From an uncultured Opitutales bacterium (GTDB taxonomy: Bacteria; Verrucomicrobiota; Verrucomicrobiia; Opitutales; Intestinicryptomonadaceae), in NCBI GenBank assembly GCA_934613415.1, contig CAKTSY010000003.1, forward strand, positions 305,387 through 337,386: 32,000 nt of DNA. Reading direction: 5' to 3'. The notes under the pieces are model-generated. The model had not been told where the DNA came from, made no database searches, and saw only the letters and a list, made by a program, of their open reading frames with translations. The stretch's first letter is position 1. Each line of letters starts with the position of its first letter. This document shows, one piece after another, positions 16,060 to 25,182 of this stretch. The translations under genes were made by a program, and so were the position numbers.

Positions 16060-17781
16060 ATGAAACGTATTTTTTCGATTTTAGCATTTTTTTTGATTTT
16101 GGTTTGTTCTTCGCGCGTTTTTGCCGACTTGCAAAAAATCTCGGTTCATATTTCGGCCGACCAACCCGTGCAAATTGCAGGCGGCAATATGCTGCTTAGC
16201 GTAGAAATTAAAATACCAAAGGGCGCGCATATTTATTCCTTCGACAACCAAAACCTAGGGCAAGCCACAAAAATAGAGCTTACGCTGCCCAAAGGATACG
16301 AAATTTTGTCGCAAAAAATACCCGAGGCTAAAAGCTTTTTGCTTTACGGCGAAAAGACAAAAGGCTACGAAAATTCCCTAAAAGTTTTATACGAAATACA
16401 ACTGCCAAAATTGGCAAATCCGAAAGCCGAAATTTCGGCAAAAGTTTCGGCGTTATTGTGCTCTAATATATGTGTTCCCCAACAAGTTATAGCAAATTTA
16501 AGCATAAGCGTGCCCCAGCAGGGCGAAATTAATTTGTTTGCCGCAATAAAAGCCCTTATAATACCGTCGGCACTGGCGTTTTTTGGCGGGCTTTTGCTTA
16601 ACCTTATGCCGTGCGTTTTCCCCGTAATAGGCATAAAGGCGCTTTCTTTGGCAAAAAATTCACAAAATAAAAAGGGGGCTTGGGGGGCGGCTTTAGCCTA
16701 TACGCTTGGCGTTGTTCTTTGCTTTTTGGGCTTTGGGGCTGCAATTTTAGCACTGAAAACTACGGGGGTAAAATACGGCTGGGGCTTTCAGCTGCAAGAG
16801 CCTTTTTTTGTGGCACTTATGTTTTTGCTATTTTTGGCAATGGGGCTTTCGTTTTCGGGCATATATCAAATTGGCGGCAACCTAAGCAACATAACCACAA
16901 ACCCAAAAGAGGGCTTTTGGGGAGCTTTTCTTTCCGGTATGCTTGCGGTTTTGGTTGCAAGCCCGTGCTCGGCGCCCTTTATGGGCTCGGCAATAGGCGC
17001 GGCTTTAATGGACAATTCCACTTTGGAATTTGCATTTTGCGTATTTCTTTTTTGCGGGCTTGGAATGGCACTACCCTATGTTGTTTTGGCAGCCTACCCA
17101 AGCCTTTTGCGCTTTTTGCCAAAAAGCGGCGAGTGGATGAACACCTTTAAGCAGTCGCTTGCATTTTTGCTGTATTTAAGCTGCGCGTGGCTTTTTTGGG
17201 TGTTTTGCAGCCAAACAAACGCAAATGCCGCAGGGCTTTTGGGGCTTTCGGCGGTTGTGTTAGCAGCCTCCTGCGCAATTTTCGGCAAATGGCAAGCCCC
17301 TCATTTCTCCAAAATTCGGCGAATTTCGGCAAAAACGCTTTCTTTAGCGTTGCTTGTTGTTTCGGTATATGCCGCATTTTACGCTGCTAAAAAAACCTTT
17401 GCCGAAAATGCACAAGCACCTGCCCAAAGCCAATCTAATGCCCAAACTCTTTCGCAAAAAATAAGCGCGTTGCAAAAGTCGGGCAAGGGCGTGTTTTTAG
17501 ACTTTACCGCAAAGTGGTGCATAACTTGTCAGGCAAACGAAAAAGCGGTGCTAAACACACAGGCAATAGAAAAGCTTTTTGCCGAAAATAACATCGAAAA
17601 AATAGTTGTAGACTGGACAAAAAAAGACCCGTCTATAACCGAAGAATTGGCAAAATTCGGCAGGGCGGGAGTTCCGCTATACGTTTTGTATTCCAAAAAT
17701 CCGAATTTGCCCCCGCAAATTTTGCCGCAAATATTAAGCTACGACATTGTTTGCAACGCGGTTGACAAAGCCGAAAAGTAA
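16060..17781 (+). CDS. dsbD: Thiol:disulfide interchange protein DsbD (protein-disulfide reductase)
   Basis: 573 aa. It has a signal peptide and an N-terminal DsbD-alpha-like domain ending in LLCSNICVPQ. The TM core carries both conserved Cys residues (LNLMPCVFPV, LVASPCSAPFMG). The C-terminal thioredoxin fold has a CxxC (FTAKWCITCQ). Confidence 0.85.
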   Translation: MKRIFSILAFFLILVCSSRVFADLQKISVHISADQPVQIAGGNMLLSVEIKIPKGAHIYSFDNQNLGQATKIELTLPKGYEILSQKIPEAKSFLLYGEKTKGYENSLKVLYEIQLPKLANPKAEISAKVSALLCSNICVPQQVIANLSISVPQQGEINLFAAIKALIIPSALAFFGGLLLNLMPCVFPVIGIKALSLAKNSQNKKGAWGAALAYTLGVVLCFLGFGAAILALKTTGVKYGWGFQLQEPFFVALMFLLFLAMGLSFSGIYQIGGNLSNITTNPKEGFWGAFLSGMLAVLVASPCSAPFMGSAIGAALMDNSTLEFAFCVFLFCGLGMALPYVVLAAYPSLLRFLPKSGEWMNTFKQSLAFLLYLSCAWLFWVFCSQTNANAAGLLGLSAVVLAASCAIFGKWQAPHFSKIRRISAKTLSLALLVVSVYAAFYAAKKTFAENAQAPAQSQSNAQTLSQKISALQKSGKGVFLDFTAKWCITCQANEKAVLNTQAIEKLFAENNIEKIVVDWTKKDPSITEELAKFGRAGVPLYVLYSKNPNLPPQILPQILSYDIVCNAVDKAEK

Positions 17782-17803
17782 TGCTTAGATTACGCAAATT
17801 TTT

Positions 17804-19051
17804 ATGGAGCATTTGAAATTTTTAACCGAAGAAAAAGCGATTGAAATCGCCGACAACTACCCGTCGCCCGCATATGTGTACGACAAAAACTCGCTAATTG
17901 CCCACGCAAAGGCGGCGTTGGCCTTCCCCAACGCATTCGGGCTTACCGTGCGCTATGCAATGAAAGCTTCGTCGAACAAAAACATCTTAAAGCTGTTCGA
18001 CTCGCTAGGCATACATATAGACGCCTCAAGCGCGTTCGAGGCGCAAAGGGCGATTATGGCGGGCATTGCCCCCGAAAAGATTTCGATTTCGTCGCAGCAG
18101 ATGCCCGAAAATATTGTAGAGCTGATAAATATGGGCGTAAAATTTAACGCCTGTTCGCTTTACCAGCTTGAGTGCTACGGCAAACTTTTGCCGAACACTG
18201 AATTGGGCGTTAGGATAAACCCGGGGCTCGGCTCGGGCGGAACAAAAAGGACAAATGTAGGCGGGCCTGCCTCGTCTTTCGGAATTTGGCACGAATTTAT
18301 CCCCCAAATTTTTGAAATCTGCAAAAAATACAATTTAAAGATTACAAAGATACACACGCACATAGGCTCGGGTTCCGACCCAGAAGTTTGGCTTAAGGTT
18401 GCCAAAATGAGCCTTTCTACCGTTGAAATTTTTAAGGACGCAACCTGTTTGGATATGGGCGGCGGCTTTAAAGTTGCGCGCATGCAGGGCGAAAAGGCAA
18501 CCGATTTGCAAAAAATTGGCGCGCCCGTTGCCGACGAAATCAGGAAATTTGCCGAAAGAACGGGCAGAAAGATAAAGTTTGAAATAGAGCCCGGAACTTT
18601 CCTTTTGGCAAACTGCGCGGCTTTGGTTTGCAAGGTTCAAGATATGTGCTCGACGGGCAAAGACGGCTACGAATTTATAAAGACAAATTCGGGCATGACC
18701 GACGTTTTGCGCCCCTCTATTTACGGCGCACAGCACCCCATAATTATAGTTCAGCGCAACAAATGCCAAGAAACTAAAGACTACATTGTAGTAGGCCACT
18801 GCTGCGAAAGCGGCGACATTCTTACCCCCCTTCCCAACGACCCCGAAGGCCTAATGCCGCGCACGCTTGCAAAGGCAGAAATTGGAGACGTTTGCGTTAT
18901 AGAAGGCTGCGGTGCCTACTGCTCTAGCATGGCAACAAAAAACTACAATTCGTATCCCGCCGCCCCCGAACTTATGCTCGAGGAAAACGGAACGATAAGG
19001 GTTATACGAAAGCTTCAAACACTAAGCGAAATTGTTGCCGACGAAATATAA
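17804..19051 (+). CDS. lysA: Diaminopimelate decarboxylase (PLP-dependent)
   Basis: 415 aa, collinear with my memory of E. coli-type LysA. Matching segments are VRYAMKASSN (PLP Lys), RINPGLGSGGTKRTNVGGPASSFGIW, HTHIGSGS, EIEPGTFLLANC, VVGHCCESGDIL and GAYCSSMATKNYNS. Confidence 0.8.
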   Translation: MEHLKFLTEEKAIEIADNYPSPAYVYDKNSLIAHAKAALAFPNAFGLTVRYAMKASSNKNILKLFDSLGIHIDASSAFEAQRAIMAGIAPEKISISSQQMPENIVELINMGVKFNACSLYQLECYGKLLPNTELGVRINPGLGSGGTKRTNVGGPASSFGIWHEFIPQIFEICKKYNLKITKIHTHIGSGSDPEVWLKVAKMSLSTVEIFKDATCLDMGGGFKVARMQGEKATDLQKIGAPVADEIRKFAERTGRKIKFEIEPGTFLLANCAALVCKVQDMCSTGKDGYEFIKTNSGMTDVLRPSIYGAQHPIIIVQRNKCQETKDYIVVGHCCESGDILTPLPNDPEGLMPRTLAKAEIGDVCVIEGCGAYCSSMATKNYNSYPAAPELMLEENGTIRVIRKLQTLSEIVADEI

Positions 19052-19063
19052 AAAGGCTTATTT

Positions 19064-19474
19064 ATGGTAAAAAGCGTTTCGCACATAAGAGTAAGGTTTT
19101 CGGAAACCGACGCAATGGGAGTTGTATACCACAGCAACTACCTTAATTGGTTTGAAGTTGCGCGCGTAGACCTTATGGACAGCATAGGAATGCCCTATAA
19201 AAATTTTGCCGAAAACAAAATACACCTGCCCGTTGTGGAGGCGCATTTGGAATATAAACGTCCCGCAAAATTCGACGACAAGCTTGAACTTGTAGCCTGC
19301 ATTGCAGAAACTCCGACGGTTAAAATAAAAGTTCAATACGAAGTTTTACGCGACGGCGTTTTGCTTTGCAAAGGCTATACTACCCACGTTTTTATAGGCG
19401 AAAAAGGCACGCCCGTAAAGCCCCCAAAAGAGTTTTTAGAAAGGTTGCGCGAGCTTGTAAAAGAAGAGCAATAG
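19064..19474 (+). CDS. Acyl-CoA thioesterase, 4HBT/YbgC family
   Basis: 136 aa with a hotdog-fold signature at the N-terminus (IRVRFSETDAMGVVYHSNYLNWFEVARVDLM). Confidence 0.8.
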   Translation: MVKSVSHIRVRFSETDAMGVVYHSNYLNWFEVARVDLMDSIGMPYKNFAENKIHLPVVEAHLEYKRPAKFDDKLELVACIAETPTVKIKVQYEVLRDGVLLCKGYTTHVFIGEKGTPVKPPKEFLERLRELVKEEQ

Positions 19475-19486
19475 CGCATCTAAAAG

Positions 19487-20965
19487 ATGAAAAGCGTCGC
19501 CGCAATACTGGTTTTTGTTTTGCTCGCCGTTTTCGGGACGACGCTTAGGGTGCAGTCGGCCTCGGTTAGAGTGCCACACGCCGACGAAGCCGAACAAGCC
19601 TACACTTTCTACAAGCTATACAACGCAAACGAATATAAATATAACCCCAACGGCCCGCATGGCCCCGTGTTGTATTATTGGGCGTACGCCTGCCAAAAAG
19701 CGCACGACTTTTTGGGGCTAAAAAAGGTGTCGAAAGTTGAAATAAAAACCTTGCGACTATACCTTTTGCCAATATTTTTGGCGTTGCTGTGCGCTTTTTA
19801 TTGTATGCGCAAAAAATGCGGCATTGTTTGCGTATTTACGGCTGCCGCCTTTTGGTGCTTTTCGAGCCTCGCTACAATATATTCGGTATATTTTGTGCAG
19901 GAAAGCTTCTTTTCGCTATTCGTATTTTTAAGCGTTTTGTTTGCCTATAAATTTGCGGAAACTCCCGATGCAAAAAACGCGGTTTTGCTCGGCGTTTTTT
20001 GCGGGCTTTCGCAATGCTGCAAAGAAACTTTTGCCATTGTTATTTTGGCCGGAATTATCCCGTTTTTGTGGGCTGCCATGGCAAACAAAAAACTTTTTAC
20101 AAAGCCGTTTTTAAAAAGCGCGGCATACGCCGCAATATCGGCAACGGCAGTTTACGTTGTGTTCTACTCGTCTTTTTTTACAAACTTTTCGGGCGTTGCC
20201 GACGGCGTTTTAAGCTATATACATTTTGCGGACAAATCCGAAAGCGCGGCGCATTCAAAAGAATTTTTATATTATGCAAAAATACTTTTTGGCAATGCAA
20301 ATTCCCGCATATTTATGGGCGAAACTGCAATTGCAATACTTGCCGTTTTTGGCGGCATAACCGCCTTTATAAAGAAAGACATTTTCGCCAAATTTTTATC
20401 GGTGTTTGCAGGCATCTATTTTGTTTTGCTTTCGCTTATTGCATATAAAACGCCGTGGCTGCTTATGTCGCTTATGGTGTTTTTGTGCGTTTTGGCGGGC
20501 TACTTTATCGCCGCTCTTTTTAGCGCAAAAAACAAATTGGTCAAAGCCCTTGCGCTTGTCGTGTTTATTTCGGCTCTTTGTTTTCAGTACAGGCAGGCAA
20601 GCTTTGCTGCAATACGTTTTGCGAACGACCCGCGCAACGTGTTTACCTATGTGCACACTTTAAGCGACTACAAAAATTTCGAAAGCCTTGCAAAAAAAAT
20701 ATTGGCTGCAAAGCCAATGGCTTCTTTCGAATTCTTTGCGCAAAATTCGCTTTGGCCAATACCCTATTTGCTGTTGGAAAACAACGCACAATTTAAAACC
20801 GCGCCCCAAAAAACCGATGCAGATGTTGTTGTTTGCGATTCCGACAAGCTAGATGCTTTTATAGACAAAAACGCGTATCAATTCGACTTGTTCGGACTGC
20901 GCGAAAACCTTATACTTAGAGTATACACAAAAAAAGACCTATACGAGAAAGCAGTTTTACAATGA
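19487..20965 (+). CDS. GT-C fold polytopic membrane glycosyltransferase-like protein (TIGR03663 / ArnT-PMT-like)
   Basis: 492 aa with more than 10 TM segments. The first extracytoplasmic loop carries the GT-C Asp-Glu motif in a context that I recall from the TIGR03663 family: VPHADEAEQAYTFYKL..YKYNPNGPHGPVLYYW. Its stop overlaps the next gene's start (ATGA at 20962-20965). Confidence 0.6.
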   Translation: MKSVAAILVFVLLAVFGTTLRVQSASVRVPHADEAEQAYTFYKLYNANEYKYNPNGPHGPVLYYWAYACQKAHDFLGLKKVSKVEIKTLRLYLLPIFLALLCAFYCMRKKCGIVCVFTAAAFWCFSSLATIYSVYFVQESFFSLFVFLSVLFAYKFAETPDAKNAVLLGVFCGLSQCCKETFAIVILAGIIPFLWAAMANKKLFTKPFLKSAAYAAISATAVYVVFYSSFFTNFSGVADGVLSYIHFADKSESAAHSKEFLYYAKILFGNANSRIFMGETAIAILAVFGGITAFIKKDIFAKFLSVFAGIYFVLLSLIAYKTPWLLMSLMVFLCVLAGYFIAALFSAKNKLVKALALVVFISALCFQYRQASFAAIRFANDPRNVFTYVHTLSDYKNFESLAKKILAAKPMASFEFFAQNSLWPIPYLLLENNAQFKTAPQKTDADVVVCDSDKLDAFIDKNAYQFDLFGLRENLILRVYTKKDLYEKAVLQ

Positions 20966-23900
20966 AAAAATTTGCAATATTTATAGCTTTATTTGCCGTT
21001 ATTTTAGCGGCGGCTTTTGCCGCGCTTTTTAGCGAAGGCGTGCAGACAAAATTGGCCAACAAAATTTTGGCCGAAAACCTTTCGGGCTCTAAAGTGCAAT
21101 CCGTAAAAATTTTGCCGAATTTTGCAAAAATAGAAAATGCCGTAATAGATACCGATTCGGCAACGCTTACATTTAAAAGCCTAACGCTAAAATATTCGTT
21201 GCTTAATGCAATTTTCGACAAGGAAATTAAAGTTGAAAATCTGGACTTTTGCGGGGGCGTTCTTCATATAAAAGAAAAACCCAAAGCCGAGCAAAACGCC
21301 ACAGCGCAAGAAACTGCAAAAAGCTTAAGCATACAAAAATCTGCAACCGAACCCTTAGCAAAAATTGCGGCAAAAGAAACAAAAGATCAGTCCCAAAGCG
21401 AATCTGCAAAAAATTTCGGCTACAAAATTTCGCTTACAAACGCAAAAGCCGACATTTCCTTGCTCGACAAAAACACGCCATTGTGCAGTGCCGAAATTTC
21501 GGTTAAAGATTTTTACGCAGGCAAAAATTTTGCCGTGCAAGCCCTTGTATTTTCGGCAAAAGTAAAATCGGCAAGCACGCCCGATTTTATTTCGGCGCAG
21601 GCGTCTTTGCTAGACGACGCAAACGGCAAAACACTAAACGCGCTGGCCTCGTTAAACGGCAAAGAACTGCTAAAGGCAAACGGCAAACTCGGCAAAAATT
21701 TCGAGAATGCAAACCTTTCGCTTTCCTGCAAGGCAACCGAAAACGATATCAAAAATTTTGTGCCTTTGCGCGGCGCAAAATTTGCATGCGACATCTTTGC
21801 AAAACTAAACGCACAAAACGGGCTAAACAGTGTTTCGGGGCTATCAAGAATTTTGCTAGAGGGCAAAAATTTGGGCAATATAAACGAAAACTTAAATCTT
21901 TTAAGCGCGCCTAAAATAGACGCCGTTTGCGAATTTTCGGGCAATATGAACAGTGCGCAAATCTCGTCGCTTTCGGCAGAAATTTTCGACGAAAACACCC
22001 CTCTTTTAAAAATTTCGCTCGAAGAAAACGCCGCATTCAACTTTTCGAACAAAAGCTTTGAAAAGGCCCCGAAAATAATTTTGCAGCTAAACGAAATCCC
22101 CCAAAGCGTTTTCAAAAAATTTATACAAAATGCAGACTTTTCGGTAAAAAGAATGGGCGCCGTTTTCCTTATAGAACCCGACTTGCAAAAAAATTTACTT
22201 TCAATAAAAACGCAAAAAAGTTTTTACGCCGAAAATATTTCGCTAATAAAAAACAAACGCCAACTTTTGCCGGAATCCCTGTTTTTTAGCGCAGATTTTA
22301 ACGCGCTATTCCCGCTAGACTTTTCGGCGCAAAAGGCATCTGGCAAGCTTTATATTTCGGCAAACGGGCAAAACGGCATAGGCAACAACTTTTCGTTTTC
22401 GGGCAAAAACGGAGTGTTCGAATTTTCGGTAGAAAGCCTCGGCAACATAGGCGGCTTTTTAAACGCAAAAAATTTGTCGGACTTTTCGGGCAATATTGCA
22501 GGCTCGTTTAAAGACGGCATTGTTTCGCTAAAAAGGTGCGACTTAGCACAGCAAGACAACAACGGAGCAAAGGTTTTAAGTCTTTCTTTTGCGGGCGACA
22601 TAGATACAAAAAAACCGCTGCAAAGAGATTTTACCGCTTCCATTAACTTGAATAACTTTCCGCTCTTTTTGCTACAACAATTTGCGCCAAACTTTTATGC
22701 AAAAGCAGCCTCGGGCAAGCTAAGCGCCAATAATAAAAATAGCGTTTTAGATTTTTCGGGCAATATTTCCGCCGAAAGTATTTCGTATACAAACGGCGAC
22801 AAATACGTTATAAAAAACACCGATGCCAAAGCGAACCTTTCGGGCAAACTAAGCGAAACGCAACTGCTTGCCAACGCCGAAAAAATTTCGCTTTCAAAAA
22901 ACTCTTTGGAATTTTTCGACGCTTCGGGCAAAGCCGAAATTGCCCTTGACAGCGCCGCAATTAAAAATGCCTCGGGCAAAGCAAAAATTGCGCTGCCAAA
23001 GTTTATGGACATTGCCGCAGTAAGCGACTTTAACAACATTCTTTCGGGGCTTGCAGAAGTCGCGTTTACAATTAAAGACAAAGACCTAAATCTTTCTGGC
23101 AAGCTATTTAACCTTACCCCGAAAACAAAAGCGGCAAAGATAGAGACTATGGATTTGTCTACCGAAATTAAGGATTTTTACAATCTAAATAAAGCAACGC
23201 TTAAAACGCAAATCTTCTCGAAGCAGGGAAATTCAGACATCGAATTTCAGGCAAACAAGCAGTCGAAAAATAGCTACACTTTAACGCTTAATTCGAAGCG
23301 TTTGGAATGCAACCACTTTGCCGTTTTGGCGGAATTGTTCAACAAGCCTAAGGGGGTAAAAAGCGCAAATAATGCTTCTAAAACCCAAACATCAACCGCC
23401 CATAGCAAAGCCAAAAGCCTGCCACAAACAACAAATTTTGCGGCCGCAAATGCAGGCGCACAAAGCGCGCCAACACAAGCTAAAAAGGCTGTTTGGAATT
23501 TCGGCTACAACATTTCGCTTACTTCTAAGCTAAACGAAATTTATTTTAACGAAAAAGAACTTGCCAAACAGCTTAAGCTTTTGGCGGAACTAAACAATAC
23601 CTCCATTCAAATAAAAAGTTTGGATTTTATTTCGTGCAAAACGCCGTGTTTGGCAAATGCAAAGCTTTTGTTTGCCGACAATTTCTACAACTTAAGCGCG
23701 TTAAATTTCTCCGCAAAAGACGCCGACTTTTCGGACTTTACCAAGTTCGAAAATTCAAGCAGCAACGCGCTTGACGGGCTTTTCGACATAGAAATTTCGG
23801 CAACGTCTAAAGCCAAAACGCCGAACAAACTTGCCGAAAACCTGCTCGCAAAACTTTCGCTAAAAAATACAAAAGGAGGCGTGCTGCGCCTTATAGACCC

Positions 23901-24399
23901 AGATTCTAACACAGGGGCGGTTATGGGAATTGCCCAAAGCGCGCTAAAGATAGGAGCCAGCCTTTTGTCCGACAAAGTGAAAGAAACAAAGGGCATAGAA
24001 GCGGTATATTCTATGTTCAGAGAATTCAAGTTCGACACCCTCTCGTTTGCGCTGGAAAGAAACGCCGACAAAAACATAGAAATTAAAACCGGCGAAATTG
24101 TCGGCAAAGAAATTACAATTTGCGCCGACGGGAAAATTGCATATGCTGAAAACTTGCCCTTTAATTTGTATCCGCTTAGTGCAAAGGGGCGCGTTTATGT
24201 AAAGAACGGCGACACCGAATTTTTGTTTAAAAAATTGGGTTTAATTAAAAGTGCAACATCGCCCATAAACGGCTACAGCACTGGCCCCGAATTCGACGTT
24301 TACGGCAACTTGCAGTCGCCAAAAAACAACCTTTCGGAAATTTTAAAAGACGTAACCGCAACGGGAGCGGCTTCTCTTATAAACTCTTTTTTAAAATAG
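20962..24399 (+). CDS. Large envelope protein with an N-terminal anchor; AsmA/TamB-like candidate
   Basis: 1145 aa. It has one N-terminal TM helix (FAIFIALFAVILAAAFAALF). The body is long, N/K/S/L/F-rich and has no Cys clusters, with recurring (F/L/A)SG(N/K) strand-like motifs. The C-terminal segment (..EFDVYGNLQSPKNNLSEILKD) resembles the G-x-L-x-x-P ending of AsmA-like C-terminal domains. There are no catalytic motifs. Confidence 0.45.
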   Translation: MKKFAIFIALFAVILAAAFAALFSEGVQTKLANKILAENLSGSKVQSVKILPNFAKIENAVIDTDSATLTFKSLTLKYSLLNAIFDKEIKVENLDFCGGVLHIKEKPKAEQNATAQETAKSLSIQKSATEPLAKIAAKETKDQSQSESAKNFGYKISLTNAKADISLLDKNTPLCSAEISVKDFYAGKNFAVQALVFSAKVKSASTPDFISAQASLLDDANGKTLNALASLNGKELLKANGKLGKNFENANLSLSCKATENDIKNFVPLRGAKFACDIFAKLNAQNGLNSVSGLSRILLEGKNLGNINENLNLLSAPKIDAVCEFSGNMNSAQISSLSAEIFDENTPLLKISLEENAAFNFSNKSFEKAPKIILQLNEIPQSVFKKFIQNADFSVKRMGAVFLIEPDLQKNLLSIKTQKSFYAENISLIKNKRQLLPESLFFSADFNALFPLDFSAQKASGKLYISANGQNGIGNNFSFSGKNGVFEFSVESLGNIGGFLNAKNLSDFSGNIAGSFKDGIVSLKRCDLAQQDNNGAKVLSLSFAGDIDTKKPLQRDFTASINLNNFPLFLLQQFAPNFYAKAASGKLSANNKNSVLDFSGNISAESISYTNGDKYVIKNTDAKANLSGKLSETQLLANAEKISLSKNSLEFFDASGKAEIALDSAAIKNASGKAKIALPKFMDIAAVSDFNNILSGLAEVAFTIKDKDLNLSGKLFNLTPKTKAAKIETMDLSTEIKDFYNLNKATLKTQIFSKQGNSDIEFQANKQSKNSYTLTLNSKRLECNHFAVLAELFNKPKGVKSANNASKTQTSTAHSKAKSLPQTTNFAAANAGAQSAPTQAKKAVWNFGYNISLTSKLNEIYFNEKELAKQLKLLAELNNTSIQIKSLDFISCKTPCLANAKLLFADNFYNLSALNFSAKDADFSDFTKFENSSSNALDGLFDIEISATSKAKTPNKLAENLLAKLSLKNTKGGVLRLIDPDSNTGAVMGIAQSALKIGASLLSDKVKETKGIEAVYSMFREFKFDTLSFALERNADKNIEIKTGEIVGKEITICADGKIAYAENLPFNLYPLSAKGRVYVKNGDTEFLFKKLGLIKSATSPINGYSTGPEFDVYGNLQSPKNNLSEILKDVTATGAASLINSFLK

Positions 24400-24405
24400 C
24401 TATCT

Positions 24406-25182
24406 ATGGAAAATAAAATTACAACACACGATATTTTGCAGGCAAAAAACGTACGCAAGCTTGCAATGATTACCGCCTACGACGCATTGTTCGCGCATTT
24501 GGCAGACTTGGGCGGAGCCGATATGATTTTAATAGGCGACTCGGTAGGCAACAATTTTTTGGGCTTCGACAGCACAATACCCGTAAGCCTTGCCGATATG
24601 TTGCACCACACAAAGGCGGTTGCCAGGGCAAACACAAAGGCTTTGGTTGTTGCCGATATGCCCTTTTGCGAAGCAAACTACTCTTTCGACAGGCTGTTGG
24701 ATTCGGCAAAGTCGCTTATTCAGGCGGGGGCAAGCGCGATTAAGATTGAAGGCGCAGGCTCTATTGCCGAAAAGATTGCGAAGCTTACCGAAGCCGGAAT
24801 TGCCGTTGTTGGCCACATTGGGCTTCAGCCGCAGCAGTTTTTAAAACTGGGCAAATACCGCAAATTCGGCAAAACCGAAGACGAAAAAAACAGGCTTATT
24901 AGCGAAGCCAAGCAGCTTGAAAAAGCGGGAGTATTTGCCATTGTTTTGGAAATGACAGAGGCTGCAACTGCAAAGGCAATAAGCAAAAGCGTTTCGGTGC
25001 CAACAATAGGCATTGGGGCGGGCCCGCACTGCGACGGCCAGGTTTTGGTTATGACCGATATGCTGGGCTTAAACGACTTTTCGCCCAAATTCGCAAAACG
25101 CTACGCCAATTTAAAAGAACAAATTGTTAACGCCTATTCGCAATATGTGTCGGAAGTTAGAAGCGGAAAATTCCCCGAATAG
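24406..25182 (+). CDS. panB: 3-methyl-2-oxobutanoate hydroxymethyltransferase
   Basis: 258 aa. Recognisable motifs are ITAYDALFAHL, ILIGDSVGNNFLGFDST, VVADMPF, IKIEGA, VVGHIGLQPQ and GIGAGPHCDGQVLVMTDMLGL. Confidence 0.9.
   Translation: MENKITTHDILQAKNVRKLAMITAYDALFAHLADLGGADMILIGDSVGNNFLGFDSTIPVSLADMLHHTKAVARANTKALVVADMPFCEANYSFDRLLDSAKSLIQAGASAIKIEGAGSIAEKIAKLTEAGIAVVGHIGLQPQQFLKLGKYRKFGKTEDEKNRLISEAKQLEKAGVFAIVLEMTEAATAKAISKSVSVPTIGIGAGPHCDGQVLVMTDMLGLNDFSPKFAKRYANLKEQIVNAYSQYVSEVRSGKFPE

Noticed and set aside
17804-19051. The possibility that the PLP decarboxylase is the 'exosortase-system-associated pyridoxal-dependent decarboxylase' rather than LysA.
   Set aside because: It lies 10 kb or more from either exosortase gene, in a different operon. 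It is collinear with E. coli-type LysA motifs, so ordinary lysine biosynthesis is the simpler reading. A subfamily HMM comparison would settle the question.
21900-23100. Recurrent DNA words such as ttttcgggcaatat, cttcgggcaaagc and cctcgggcaaagc, which could suggest a repeat array or CRISPR-like structure.
   Set aside because: The recurrences are short and irregularly spaced, and they lie in frame inside a continuous 1145-codon ORF, where they encode the FSGN/ASGK peptide motif. There are no unique spacers of constant length and no flanking leader.
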